A stretch of 63,979 bases of DNA, counting the filler, from Choristocarpus tenellus KU-1152 (Eukaryota; Protista; Phaeophyceae): assembly GCA_964200185.2 (NCBI GenBank). It is 8 parts of 8 records of this genome, joined end to end, with 100 filler letters (N's around TTAATTAATTAA, not from the genome) between each part and the next. Parts side by side here need not be neighbours in the genome. Positions count along the whole stretch, not along the records: positions 12,656 to 16,681 come from CAXNAD020016602.1; positions 16,782 to 41,112 come from CAXNAD020000218.1; 6 more parts are not named here. One strand, 5' to 3'. A program made the translations under genes and the position numbers. The notes below the pieces were generated by a model. That model saw nothing but the letters and a program-made list of their open reading frames with translations. It was not told where the DNA came from and searched no databases. This document shows positions 15,888-29,000 of the stretch, piece by piece (the first letter of the stretch is position 1; every line of letters begins with the position of its first letter).

Positions 15888-16394
15888 CTAAGGCGCAATG
15901 TTCCCAAAAGAGAGAGGTTGTTGCAACATCGACAACGGTTAGACTGCTACTGTTGCTCTATATCAGACTTCAAAGGTGATGCGCAGTTACTACAACTTTG
16001 AAGTACTGGAGTGGGTGTAGACAGAACGGAGTTTAGGTCCTGCACAGTGCAGCATCTTGCAGCAGAAGATATCAACCTATGAAGAACCGGCTCTTGCAGG
16101 ATAGTGCAGACCTGTGCACGTTTCATCTACTCTGTTTTCAGGTTGAGTGTTTCAACACTGCACAACCATATGTCACTTCTTTGTATTCACGCTGATATCC
16201 CTTCTACACAAGAAAAACCCACTAGCACAACGTTTTTGTGTACTATGTGTATGTATATGTATTGGTGGATCAGATAATATTTTGTTTTTCTATGTGAAAC
16301 CCCTCATTAGAGCATACTATCTATGCCGCTTGAAGTAGGATTTTTTGTTGAGAAGATCCATTATTCCCGCTAATATATCAACATACGAAGATGG

Positions 16395-16681
16395 GAGTCA
16401 AAGTATCTTAGAGGGTAGAGCCGCGTCCGTTTGTAGGTAAAAATCTAATTATGCGATTTTGATGTAATTTTGGCTCTCGTGTTTGTTAGGAAGTGTCAGT
16501 ATCCTTGTTCCGGACACACCTTTTCATAAGGTATACATTTTACCTGCTCCGAAACATTTTGGAGTAGAGTGAAAGTATCTTAGAGGGTACGAATTTTGCC
16601 CTTTTTGTCCATTTGGGGCTTGGCTTCTCAAGGATTTTTTTATTACGTTTTGCTACTCCACAATGTTTAGGAGTAGGTAAA
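16395..16681. mobile_element. Two MITE family A copies; the second (from 16567) interrupts the first in opposite orientation and is cut by the gap
   Basis: GAGTCAAAGTATCTTAGAGGGTAGAG at 16395 and GAGTGAAAGTATCTTAGAGGGTACGA at 16567 are the two different ends of the element. Confidence 0.8.
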
Positions 16682-17949
16682 NNNNNNNNNNNNNNNNNNN
16701 NNNNNNNNNNNNNNNNNNNNNNNNNTTAATTAATTAANNNNNNNNNNNNNNNNNNNNNNNNNNNNNNNNNNNNNNNNNNNNCCCCCCCAGATACTTTGAG
16801 CCATCTCTTCACTTCTACATTTGTTATAGTAGTAGCTATCATTGTTTTAATCCCTGTGTAGCATACCTGCTGAGTTGCTCAGACCATAGATCAGATTGGT
16901 AGGTTAAGTCTCCCTTGTTATGGACACTATGTCCATATGAGGAATAAAGGGTTGTCGCAGATTGAAACTCAAGGGTATGAATAGTAGTTTTGAATCAACA
17001 ATGGACATTGTTGTTACTATTGTTGTTATTTGTGAACCAACCTCTCGTCTATTTTGGGCAATGACAACATTATGACCCTAACCAGTACCCATAGCTCCCT
17101 GGTTTTTGTTGTTTATGCATTGGAATACTTGTACTATTTCAACTTGCTTGATCAAACATTGGACACTGTTGACTAGCAACCCCAAATAATAATTTCAAAA
17201 CCTGAGTCCCACACAAAGCTACATCCACTAGTTTCTACTGTGTAACTTACCAATTTCATCTGATCAAAATTCGTAACACCAATCCCTCATTATCAATCTA
17301 CCTCAGCCCCTCACTCCATAAATATTGTCGCTTCCACGACAAGGGGCAGGTGTACTCACCTCTTTGCTATGGTTCGACCCAGGTAGGTACTTACACTACC
17401 CAACGATTGAAGCAATATTGTGAAGTAGAGGAGGTTTTTGATACTCTTTGGTATTGTGATCCCATAGAAGCGCGGTACACATATCTATCTGCTCTACCCA
17501 TTTCTAGCCTTGTTTTTCTTATATAGTTTGAAGTAGTTTTATTGTTTTTATTTCAGGGAGTGAGTACTACTATTACTGCTCTCCGAAAAAAAAAGGTACC
17601 CATCCACTGCACCAACACGTTTGTGTGGTGATTTTTGAGAACTAACTCTCAATTAAAATACGCTGCCCTCATGACAGCTAGAGGTAGCTCTTAAGTGCTA
17701 CCTAATAACTGCAAAAGTAACACAGAATAAAAAAAATGTGGGGGGATCATGCAAAATTTTCTTCTGGTCAACCTGACCAAAATTCTATGCATTTCTTGCA
17801 CAATATATTAGTTAAATCAAACAACATAAAAGTACCTGATCTGTGGCAAAGAAATACAAAAAGCTCTCGAGCAGTGGAAGACAGCACGGTCAATTCTCAC
17901 TACAACACCAACAAGACACCAAAATAAATAAAATCCACACAGAGTCACC

Positions 17950-19800
17950 CGCTACTTGAGGCAGCCTGAAAATCATGTTCTCATACAAAAGTAGCAGAAA
18001 ACCTTTTGCTGAATATGGGGAATGAGATAAAGCAACAACACCAATCCGAGCACTAATCAATCAGGGTTCGAAATGGTATTGCAATCTGACTGGACATAAA
18101 ACCCAGTGATAGGGCAGCTTTTGTGGCTGCCAATGAACCTTCTACTCTGCACATGCTCTGAATTCAAACATAGTTAACTTGGTGTTTCACCTGTGACCGT
18201 TTGTCTGAGTGTGTTGTATGTACTCTGGACCATGTTGCTTTTTCTCACCCACGAGAACATCTTTGCAACTTCTGAGCATCATTGCATATGTTGAACTAAC
18301 GTGTGTCAATAAGTCAACATGCTGTGATTTAATCAGTATGGTATTCAGCTAATGGTTTTGCCACACATCATCTGCCCTGAGCCCAGGCAATAAGCCCACA
18401 TTGTGTGCGTAGTTGGCATGACAGTGTGGCATTGTGTTGTACTTAGGAGTATCAAATCACACCTTGATATTTGCTCGATCTTCTTGAAGTCCGATTGTCA
18501 GAGGTTATACAGAGCAAAGTGATGGATAAAGAAATGCACAAAGGCAAAGAATATATTGGAATATCTCAAGAAATAGTCCCACTATATTTACTAGTTGACT
18601 CCAGTATTCATCACCAATACCAAGGTTCAATGCCACCATGCTATTCACTTGATTGTAGGCTACCCCCCAACCTCCTTCTGCAAAGTGGTGGAGTAGGTTT
18701 CATTTAAGGACGAATTGTTCATTCTGAATGCAAACACCCACACTGGAAAGAGAGGAAAGGATAAGGACAGGTTGGTAGTTGGACCCTGCTGCTGTGATAA
18801 ACTGAAAAATAAGGGTGTGTCATCCCTGGTGGAATTTGCGGAGGAATATAAACTAAAAAAAACTTGCACTTGTCAGCAAAAATGTTTTGGTAAGCAAAGG
18901 GCAAAGGATACTACACTTTCATAAACCTCAAGGGGGTGAACACTACCAGATTCACTACATCCTCTTTTGTAAATCTGATTAACGTCTCATTTGAATTGTG
19001 TCATTTTGAAACTAAACACAATTGTATAGATGTGAGTCTGATTTGTCAGTTGCTTTGTAGCAAATTGTTGAGATGGCATCAAAAGGGGGGGGGCTCCATA
19101 ACCAGCAAAAGGTACTTTTCCTCTCCATCATTAAGAGACTGAACAAGTGCATTTTCGGTCGACAAGGTGGTCACTGATGAGGTTCTGTATCCCATCACAA
19201 CAAGCAACAGTGAGTGAAGTCAAGAACAAATCGTCGTCACTTCCACCTTTTCCGCTGGCCTGCTTGAACCTGAAAAACAAACCTTCCTTGGATAGTGACA
19301 GACTGCGTGGTGACAAGAGATTATTTTTCAAATTTCTCCGGCGAATGGCAAGACACACACCGGTTGTTGAGGTTTAACCACCTTGGCATGGATGTAAGTG
19401 TCTGTTGTTTGCCAATGTGTAGTACATTTGTTTGTTTCTAGTTTCTTGTCTCGTGTTCTCTTTTGTGTCGTGCTTGTTTTTGCTGACAAGTGCAAGTTTT
19501 TTTAAGTTTATATTCCTCCGCAAATTCTACCAGGGACGACACACCCTTATTGTTCAGTTGATCACCACAGCAGGGTCCAACTACCAACCTGTCCTTATCC
19601 TTTCCTCTCTTTCCAGTGTGGGTGTTTGCATTCAGAATGAACAATTCGTCCTTAAATAAAACCTACTCCACCACTTTGCAGGAGGTTGGGGGGTAGCCTA
19701 CAATCAATGTTGCTGCATTTGATATAGCTGTCACAGGATTTGAACCCCCATCAGCTGGTCGGTGACACATTATGTCCTACAGTTTCCTGGACAGGCAAAC
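17950..19800 (-). mobile_element. Degenerate hAT transposase relic
   Basis: Minus-strand motifs appear in hAT order: BED-finger-like IKCSNIDC...HSECKHP (~19600-19730), MEPPFLMPSQ (PSR-type), MVALNLGIGDEYWSQLVNIVGL, CITSDN (TDN catalytic Asp), C..H*LNTILIK (CxxHxLNL) and VAKMFSWVRKS. Heavily frameshifted. Confidence 0.5.
18649..19707. repeat. ~233-bp inverted repeat pair (18649-18882 / 19477-19707)
   Basis: The arms are highly similar reverse complements. Both encode MFILNANTHTGKRGKDKDRLVVGPCC (ORFs 18715+ and 19438-19644-). Confidence 0.95.
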
Positions 19801-21237
19801 ACCCCAAATATTTCTTCACTTTCAGTACGACATCATGTCTGTCTGTACCGTCTTGTCTCCTCTACAACATACAATGTACCCACTGCTTACACAGTTGTGC
19901 TGTCCACTTTGCCTTTTCTCATTTAGAAATCCACATGCCCCACCCTATTCACATGTTTCAATACCAATTGTGCAAATATCCCAAGTGATCATTGTGGTGT
20001 CCTTGTTCCAATTCCTAGAGTGTGTTGTTATGCATCTTCCTTAGCGCTGCATGACATTTGGGACACCCCCTATTCCTACACTGATGTTTCTCCTCCCTCC
20101 ACACTCTTCTTGCACTTGCCTTGCTTCTAGCACTATGCAGTCGACCATCCCACAACTTCTGTACAAGCACCTTTCCCCTGTCATCAAAGACTATGCTCAC
20201 TCACACAGCTGTGAAGTTATGAAATGGAGCAGTGTTTACCATGTGTACAACATGTAGGTCTAAAACTTGCTGGTCAATCCAAGGTGCTTGCCTCACCCTC
20301 TCCTCTGTACTCCCCACACCTTCCATGCTACACGGCTAGGCAAGGGTAGAGGAAATAAATACCAAAATACCTGCAGTATAATCAAATGACAATACTGAGT
20401 AGAAGTTTCTAGCTGGTCAATATTTTACATATTTAGCTCATCTTGTGAAAGTGAGTCTACCTCTCAAGTACGAAATAAAGCACCTGTAAACCTAGAGGAC
20501 TCTAGACACTACAACAACAATGAATATTCAGCCATCACATATAACTATCCTTTCCAGAAACCATCAGCACTAGTGCTAAGGCCCAATTCCTACAACAAGA
20601 AAATCAAGTCCAAGTTCCACCAATGGGACGCCCCACTCACTCAAATATAAGTTAGAGGATGACAACGAAGAGATGCATAAAGAACAGCAGTAAGACAAGC
20701 CATAGACGGGCACAACCCTACAGCACGATACACACAAGCACCACTACTACCAATGAGGTGTGGCACTGTCACAAACTACATCCACAGTGTGCTTGGAGGG
20801 CTTTTCCCCTGACCTCTCAAAATGCCTCGTTCCACCAGCCAGCAATCCTTGTACCTTCCCTCCCTAACCCTGCCAAGTCGAAAGTCCATATCCACCCACC
20901 CAATATCAATCTGTGAATCTACCCCTATTGCCTCAGTGGCATTCACATTAATACGAACCTGCAAATCAGAATTCAGGGGGAAGGGATTACCAGTCAGTGG
21001 TGTCCTAAAATTGAGCGGTATACATCTTTCGACGTGATGGAAAAAATTGTAACTACTCCCGAGTACCTGTTATATGTGGGCCAACTTTCCATACACAATC
21101 TAATTGCACAGATAAGGTTGGCAAGAAACAACAAACACTGGAGCATATAATCATCCCTGATGTACTAAAACTATCCTCTGACACATCTATCACAGTTTTC
21201 ACCATGGTCCATTTGATTCACCCACCCGGAACGTGAC

Positions 21238-22700
21238 CTTATGGTCGTCCTCAGAAAATAGGGGAGGAAATGCGATGGTGTAGTCGGATGTTCCTAGCAG
21301 GAAGGCGTAACCTCTTCGCAATACTGCGGCAAAGGATTGCCTATCGAGAGACCTGTGTCAATTTATCCAAATGATCCACGTCATCCCAGAGGCGGAAAAT
21401 ACAGTAGAGAGGCATCAATTGGAGACAGACTCAAAAGCACAGACAACACATGTCTCTTCCACTGTTGGGAGTGATGGTGATACTTGTGCTTTCACCAAGT
21501 ACATCCGCCCTCTATGAGTAAGCCAACCATGACACATGAGTGTGATATTCTCAGTTTGGCGTGCATGGAGGTATTGCTGTAATCTAACATGTAATGTTAC
21601 ATTTGGAGGTCAACGGCTAGAAAAGAGAGCGCATAAAAAGAAAGAGGGACAATAGTTGCCAAATCTACCACAACTATTGGGGGAAAATTCCCAAAACATG
21701 GCCGTGTACCTTGGCTGCGATTCGTCGTCATCAGACCAGTCCCTGCGGTAGTCTACAGGACCTCTGCTCACCTCTTCATCGAGCGCACTGAAGAGAAATG
21801 CCTGTAAAACAATATATACAATGTTACGAGCAAAGGGAAATGTATTGGAGTATGGCGACTGAGCTCTATGTCAAACCCTGACTGAACAAACTGCTATCTC
21901 ATGCATCCAACCCGCCTTGTCTTCCGTCATATCGAATGTCCTCCCGTTTTTGACACCGAGTCTGCTGTACCGTAGGGGCCACCCACTTTGCCCTGTCTAG
22001 GTTGGAGTACGCTGGTGGAAGCAAACCTGATCGAGACCACAGTCATCAGTGTAGAAGTCGGATGATCCGAGCGACCCAAGCACATGCTCGAGGACAGTAT
22101 GGGGGGCCAAGAGGGCTGAGGGTTGCTTCAGAGTGCGCACGAACTCCTGTCGAAGTAGATTTTCCCGTTGATTTACCTGCCGGTTTGATGATGCAAAGAG
22201 CAGGGCAGTTGATCTGCAGTCTGCTCTTGTCCTGATATGGGGGAGGGTATCCAAAGGTGGGTCATCAACCTTGCTGTTTCCGATCTATTCTGAGTGCAAC
22301 TTCCCAGCCAGAATGCACTGTTGCTGGGAACGACATGACCGAACTCTCACAACATATCACGCATAACATTCTCCCCAGTCCATTTCCCACCTCTTCCATG
22401 AACTCTGACGTTAGATCAGCACCTTCTGCTGATTCATCTTCAACACCAAACACAGGGGAGGGCCCACCCTGTGGTTGTAGAGAGGACCACGGCGGCAGAG
22501 GGGCAATAGTCAACAAATTGAAATAAAAACGTTGCCCTGAGATGTACCCTGATGTGAGTGTAAAGGAATCATTGCATCTCGGTGGAATGAAGTGCTTCCC
22601 TTTCTAGGCAAGGCAAACCACACCTGTACAACTTGGTGAGCGATTTCGGCAAGGTGGAGTCTGACTTCAACTCACCTTTCTCAGTCTGCGACAACAACAT
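21238..22700 (-). CDS. Multi-exon gene, unknown protein
   Basis: Phase-compatible GT-AG exons 22391-22468, 22027-22284, 21710-21801 and 21238-21352 (GGPSPVFGVEDES...|IGNSKVDDPP...GLDQ|AFLFSALDEEV...|SLDRQSFAAVLRRGYAF...DHK). A candidate ATG lies near 22700; first and last exons unresolved. Confidence 0.65.
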
Positions 22701-23096
22701 GAATAGCATACTTGAGCAGGGCATAACACGAAACCTTCGGTCACCACAAACAGAAAGTATACCAACGTTATATACAAGACTGGTGGTGCCATCCTTTGAT
22801 ACAATATGAATTTGTGGAGGATGTGGTGGAGATTGTTAAATTGCATGTATTGGTCAAAGTTTTAGGGTTAGGGTTGCAATCACGATATGGTCGTATTGTG
22901 TGGTAAACGTCGGTTTCAAGTTTGGGTCAAGTCAAGCACGCACCTGGAGAAAAGTCGACCAAAACAGGCCGATGAAAGAAAAAGGGCAGCAAAATAGGGA
23001 TGACACAAAGTTTGGATATGCCCTCAACTGATCTAGTATTCTGCTTGGAAAAGGGGAATCAATACCTTATTTACTGGCGGCGCGAGAATACCCCAG

Positions 23097-26000
23097 ATGT
23101 TGGCGAGTCTTCATTCGGTCTACTTCCAAAATGTCGACTTTGTTTCGCACCCTCGCTGTGGCGTACAGGGAATCATCATTCCTCTCGACTCCAACTGTTG
23201 TATCTCAATAACTTCCCAACTATGGATGTGTGTATTCACAGGTCCATCACTTGTTGATGCCAGAAAAGAATATACTGCTGCTCTCTCATCTTGGGGCCGA
23301 AGTCAATCCCAAGAGGAGAGTCTCGAGGCCTGTGTGGCGGCTCATATCGGGCTGGCAAAAGTAGATCTCGTTGAAGGTACCCTTAACTATTATTCCTTCA
23401 ATACGTTTTTCCAATCCAATCATCTGTAGTGTGTTTACTTGTGGATTAAGAGGAGAAACTACGTTGATAAGTGTGTGTCTATTCATACGCTTTGGAAGAA
23501 GGCGCTGAAACAAACATGACTAAAATTACGAATTTTGTATCTTTCAAATGTGCCAATGTTCAGGTGGCGTCGAACACATACGGACAGCTCTGAAGCGACT
23601 ATCAGCTGTAATCCAACAATACCCATTCTCGGATCAACTCGAAGAGGCTATCTTGTTGACTGCTTTGGGTCATAGTGCATTATCAGCTGAAGATGTCGGG
23701 GTATCTCAGGCACAGGGAGTTTTGACATTACTGCAGTACCTAGTTGAAGGATATGTTGCACCGTGCAAAGGCACACCAACCATACCTTTCGGATTCATTT
23801 CTGAAGCTGAGCTGGAAGGAGAGGACTCTGAATCTAATGAGGGTGAATATGTGTCCGGTCAAACCATGGGTACTAGCTCAACCTTTTCGTCTGGAAAAGA
23901 AAAGCCTTCGAGAGGTCTTTGTGTGAAAGGTATACCACTCTGGGCTCTGCTAGTTCAGCTTGGACTAACCTCGCTCAAGGTTCAGGACAAAATTGGTGCG
24001 ATGGCGTCATTCGAGAATGCATGTCATGCCTATGAAGTGTGGATGCCATGGCAAGTATAATAATTGCCCATGGCATTGTGCGGTTGTGGATACTCAGATT
24101 CCTGAGCAGACTTTGTCAAGCAATAGTTTGCTTGCACTTTCATGAGTAGAATAAGGGTCTTGAATCTGCACTTCCTCCAGCAAACAGGCTCCTACCTAGG
24201 TTGAAGTGATGCTGGCCTCTAACCACGTTTGTACAAGCTGGGAAAGTTTGTTCATGGCGAAAGACTGTGATGATGAAATTTGACATTCCTTGAAAAAAAG
24301 AAACGAAAATATCTAATCCTCTATTGTCAAGGCAAGAGCAGAGTCAAGCGAGACAAGAAAGTATCAAAAGTAGCTCACAAAGTCATTCTCATTATCATCT
24401 AGCCCAATTTCTGTGTGGTGTACCCCTTCTATACAATATACTAGTAGAAATCACAATTCATTGCGGAACATTACGCTTGTGTCCCAATTTGTAGACCAGG
24501 CTAGGCGATGTGCTGGGAGAATAGTGGAAAACCTATGATGTGCTTAACACCAGAATACTAATTAGTGTTTTGATCTGGGGAGTGGGGAGACAGAAGTATC
24601 ACACTACTTCAATTGAAAAGTCATAGAATGCACTATGCCTGTCTGGCATCCCCTTTGGTATAAGAAAGATGTATGCATAAACGTGGAGGCATGCAGTTGT
24701 GTCAGATGGATATGATTAACAAAAAAAGTGGTCAATGAGCTGTCCTACTGAATAGTGTTATGCAATCAATTTTGGGAATGGGACAACTGTACATTCCCCA
24801 AGACCCAGCCATTTTTCCATCCATCCCCTTCCCAACAAATACACATTTCTTCACATGCATGTGCCACCTCACAGTCGGAGATCGGTCAAGCCAGACGAAA
24901 ATGATGCAAGGAGAGAGTGGTATGCTGGTGTCTCTAACTGGGCAACATGGTATCAGCATTACAGGTTTATCAATGTTCTTTCTTACCTCAACTATCCGCA
25001 TTGCTGGACACCAGACTTGTGATTCTAACTCAACCAACTTTTGTGTGTAGCACTTAACTCTATATTCCTTGTGAAACACTATTGAAGACCTGGCCTGGCC
25101 CTTAACCAGGGCTATTTTTTTATTATCAAAGTTACCAACGAAAGAATCCTAGATGTGGCAGGTTCTGGATATTTCTTCCACTTCAGCTCTGTGAATAAGC
25201 TGTAAACATGCTAGGCACAGAGAAATGGTTTCCAGGATCTTGATTCCGACTGGTCCCCTCTTCAGGCCCTGGCTTGATCTTGCTGACATCTGGTACACCA
25301 AGGGAGCAGGATATTTTCACCTGGCCGTGATTACCTACAAGCATGTCCTAAAGAGAGGACCAGAAATGCTGCAAGAAGATCAGGAAAGCAGATAAAAAAC
25401 AGACCTATATCACACAGTGTAATACATATATTTTCTTGGAATGTGCTATAAAAAGCACTACTATACATGAGAATTTCTTCGAAAATTTGAGCTTCCTCTG
25501 GTCTTTTTGTATTTACCAGGCTGTCATCATGTACCGCATTGCAAAGAGCCTCAGCCGTTGTGGCAAAATATCTGGGGCAAAAAGTACCATGAAGCAACTC
25601 CTATGCCAGCACAGCTTCTGGGAGTCACGCTACAGGTTAGATGGTTAGGTTTTTCGTGTCACCTTACTTAATAGGTGCACTTTGAACGGTTTTTTTATTC
25701 ACATGATCAAACTTTCTGCTTGGGAGCAAAACCTATCATGTTAAGTGGTTGCCCATTCACGTTTTAACCTGCTCCAGACTACTGCACACACTGGTCACTA
25801 CAATTTGCATGGAGCAGGTAAACATACTCTGGTGCTTGAGGCAAACTGGGTATTGTCTTCTGTTGTGCTGCCGAAGAATATTGTAACTTGCTTCAGATAC
25901 TCTCTATACACTTAGTACAAATGCAGTAGAGTTGAACAACCGAAGTCCAACTAGTGCTCCACCTAAGATAAGCATGCTGGCCTCTCCTTGTGTTGAATCC

Positions 26001-29000
26001 AGTGGACTTTGGCCGGAACAACAGCAGTTGTGATGTTAGTCACTATTCCAGGAGGAAAGGGCACTGTATTATGAATTGTGCCAAAAGAACACTTGCAGTT
26101 CATAGTTGAAAGAGGTTGCCATGAGAAAAGTATGATGACAAAAAAATGTTAGTGTAAGATTCTCTCAACCATAGCCGGAAAATAGATTGCTCAGCCTTTA
26201 TAGATCATACTATGGAGATCTCTGGAACTACACAAACCTGAAGACAGTCTCATATATGTGCAATTCCTAGCCAAGAATAGAGTTTACCTTGCTAAGGAAT
26301 ATTCTCACAGAGCGACTCCACAATAAAACAATGAAGTTCAAATCCTTTCCTCTGTTAACGGATCTTAGGGTTCACCTCAATGAGTGGTCAAAGGGCTGGC
26401 AGGGGCATTTCAGGGCAGAAAAAGATGCGGCAATTTGCATACAGTGCTTTTATCGAAGAGCTAAGGCAAAGGAGGACCTCAATCTCAGGCGAGCCCAAAA
26501 AAAGGTAGGGAATTGACCATCATAGTGGAGTGTAGAACAGTACAGCAAAAAGCTCTCTTGGTGAAACAAACATTAGCCTAGCCTCAACAATGATCATGGG
26601 CTCTTAGAGGAGTATTGCAATGCCAATGACACAATATCTTGCCTACAATGGTGGAAGCAGACCTGACAATCAGTGCTCTCAACAGAAATCTGAGTTTCAT
26701 TACTTCTCACCTGTCTAACATGTTGTGTATTAATGACTCCTTCAATGTGTGCAAAATGATATATCGGTGAAGCTCTTGAAAGAGTACTGTGTGCTGAAGA
26801 ACCGCAACTTAATGAAGAACGCCTTCAAAAGTATCCTCAAGCATTGCCTCACTGGCCAGATGAAAAAGATGTCAGCCACCAAGATCCAGGTGGGTATGTT
26901 TCCAGATGGGGATGTTCTAGATGGTTATTATTTTTGGAGCTATTTTGGGAGACTATCTATCTTCCTCACACCAATGTTGTGACACCACTCTCCAAAACTA
27001 AAGAACATGTCCATGTTGCAACTGAGGATTGCTATATGACAATTTGCTTGTGTTACCATGGCAAAACCTTCTCAGAGTGCTTATCGCAAGGAAAAGGCTT
27101 GTAGAGTGATGTCACAACTGAGGACAGAGTACAAGAAAACAGAGGAGGTCCTTGACAGGCTTAGGGAGAAGAGGTCTAAGAGATGCCAGGTATGCAGACC
27201 ATGAATACATCTCACTTGAACTCATTCCACTCCCTGCTTCCAGAATGGCCATACGACGTTTGTTTCTGTGAGGTGTGCCCCAATTGGAAAACTCAAGATA
27301 GAGTCGATAGTTGGCCTGTGAGCTCAGTAGTCCGCCCCTAAGCAAGAACAATAACATTCCTCTACCTCTAAAGGGCGCTAAACAAGAGGTTAAAACACTT
27401 TTTGGTGCTATGCTGGTCTTGGAGACAAAACCTATCTAAAGCCGAGTTGAACATATTGGCATTTGTAAGGTCGTGCAATGAATGCCTTGTGCTTCAGGAA
27501 TGAGAGTTTTCATCTTGTACCTACAACTGCTGTTTGGTGTTGTAGTATTTCCCTACTTGATGGTCCATCTCCTCCTACATGACAGGGCAGCATGTCCCAA
27601 ACAATTATCATGGTTGATCTAGAGAGCTTAACTCACCAGTGTTGTTACACCCGCACTTGTATAACCCACTCTTCTCATTGTTACATATCTTCACTGTACA
27701 TAGCACCTCTATTGGGAAAAATGGATTATTTACCGCTGTGAGCAGTCTCAGGAAAAAGCCTTCACTAAAGTGCAGGCTCTCTTCAGAGGTTTTGAGGGAC
27801 GTACAAAAGTGCATGCTCTTCATGAAGCTCAAGAATCTAGGGGTAAGATCAGCTGTTGAAATTGGTCTCTGGAATCAAAGTCGTTGCATAGCCTACCAGA
27901 AGGCTGCTATGTGCACAGAGTGTTAGATTGAGACACTGTCGAAAGGAAATGTAGGAGTAGCCTAGGCCTGTTGGATGGAATCAAAGGATGGAAAATTAGC
28001 CATGACACCACCGATCACTCTGCAGTGTGCCTCTGTGAAAGTGCCTGTGACCACAAAAGGTGATAAGGGGAAACAAGTTAGAACAAGGTAGTGCAACCTG
28101 TTCCATCTTCTTTTTTGCGGAACTGTTTTTCCCCTCGTTTCTCTCCTGCTACCAGAGCTGCTCTATGAGCATGCTCGAGCAATAGGAAATAACTGCCGCA
28201 GGAAAAGGTGCATGAAGAAGTTGGCGAAGCACGCTATTGCCTGCAGGTAATCTACAATGCTACAATGTGTTGCATATGCATAGCCTCTCTCCTTGATGCT
28301 CCACCAGTCTTTTTATATAGAGTTGCATGCTTTCTGCTCAGAGTATTTGGAGTGTACTAGAAGAGAATGACAACATTCAAGATGTGGAGAGGCTACTTTT
28401 TGGTGTGTTTATTAGGGGTCCCTTACATGAAATTTCCGCAGCTCTTTCCAATAGTCGGATTATACTTTAACGCCAACTGTGGCCTCTAATCTCAATTTGG
28501 CTCAATCTCAAGTGCTCATCTTGAGAAAACATCGTATTGCTAGTTCTTTGTGCCAAAATCTTGGGGTGAAGTTGCCTCAGATACTGTGAAACATTCCATC
28601 CAATGTTGCTTGCATGAGAAGCTGTGACAAATGTCTTCCATCTTCAAACAATTGTGTCCCAGGATGAGACGTGCTGCCATAGCCATCCAGCGGGTTTATA
28701 GGGGGTTCTATGGAAGGCAGCTATTTAATGATGAGCGCCATCGGCAAGCACAAATCAAACTTCTTACTGTGAGGGCACTAAAAAAAATATGTGGTCCTGT
28801 GCTGGTTGCATGGCACGATGCAGCATATGCCCTTCATGAGGTGGGTATACTCATCAGAGGATTTGGCAGCATTCTAGTTATCACACCTACATGTATATAA
28901 CCTATCAGATGGTTGAGGTGCCTTGAGACTAACAGCTTCAGGTTCACTATCTTCTTTACCAAATGGAAGCAAGGAGTGCTGTTGTAGATGTTTGTAGCAG

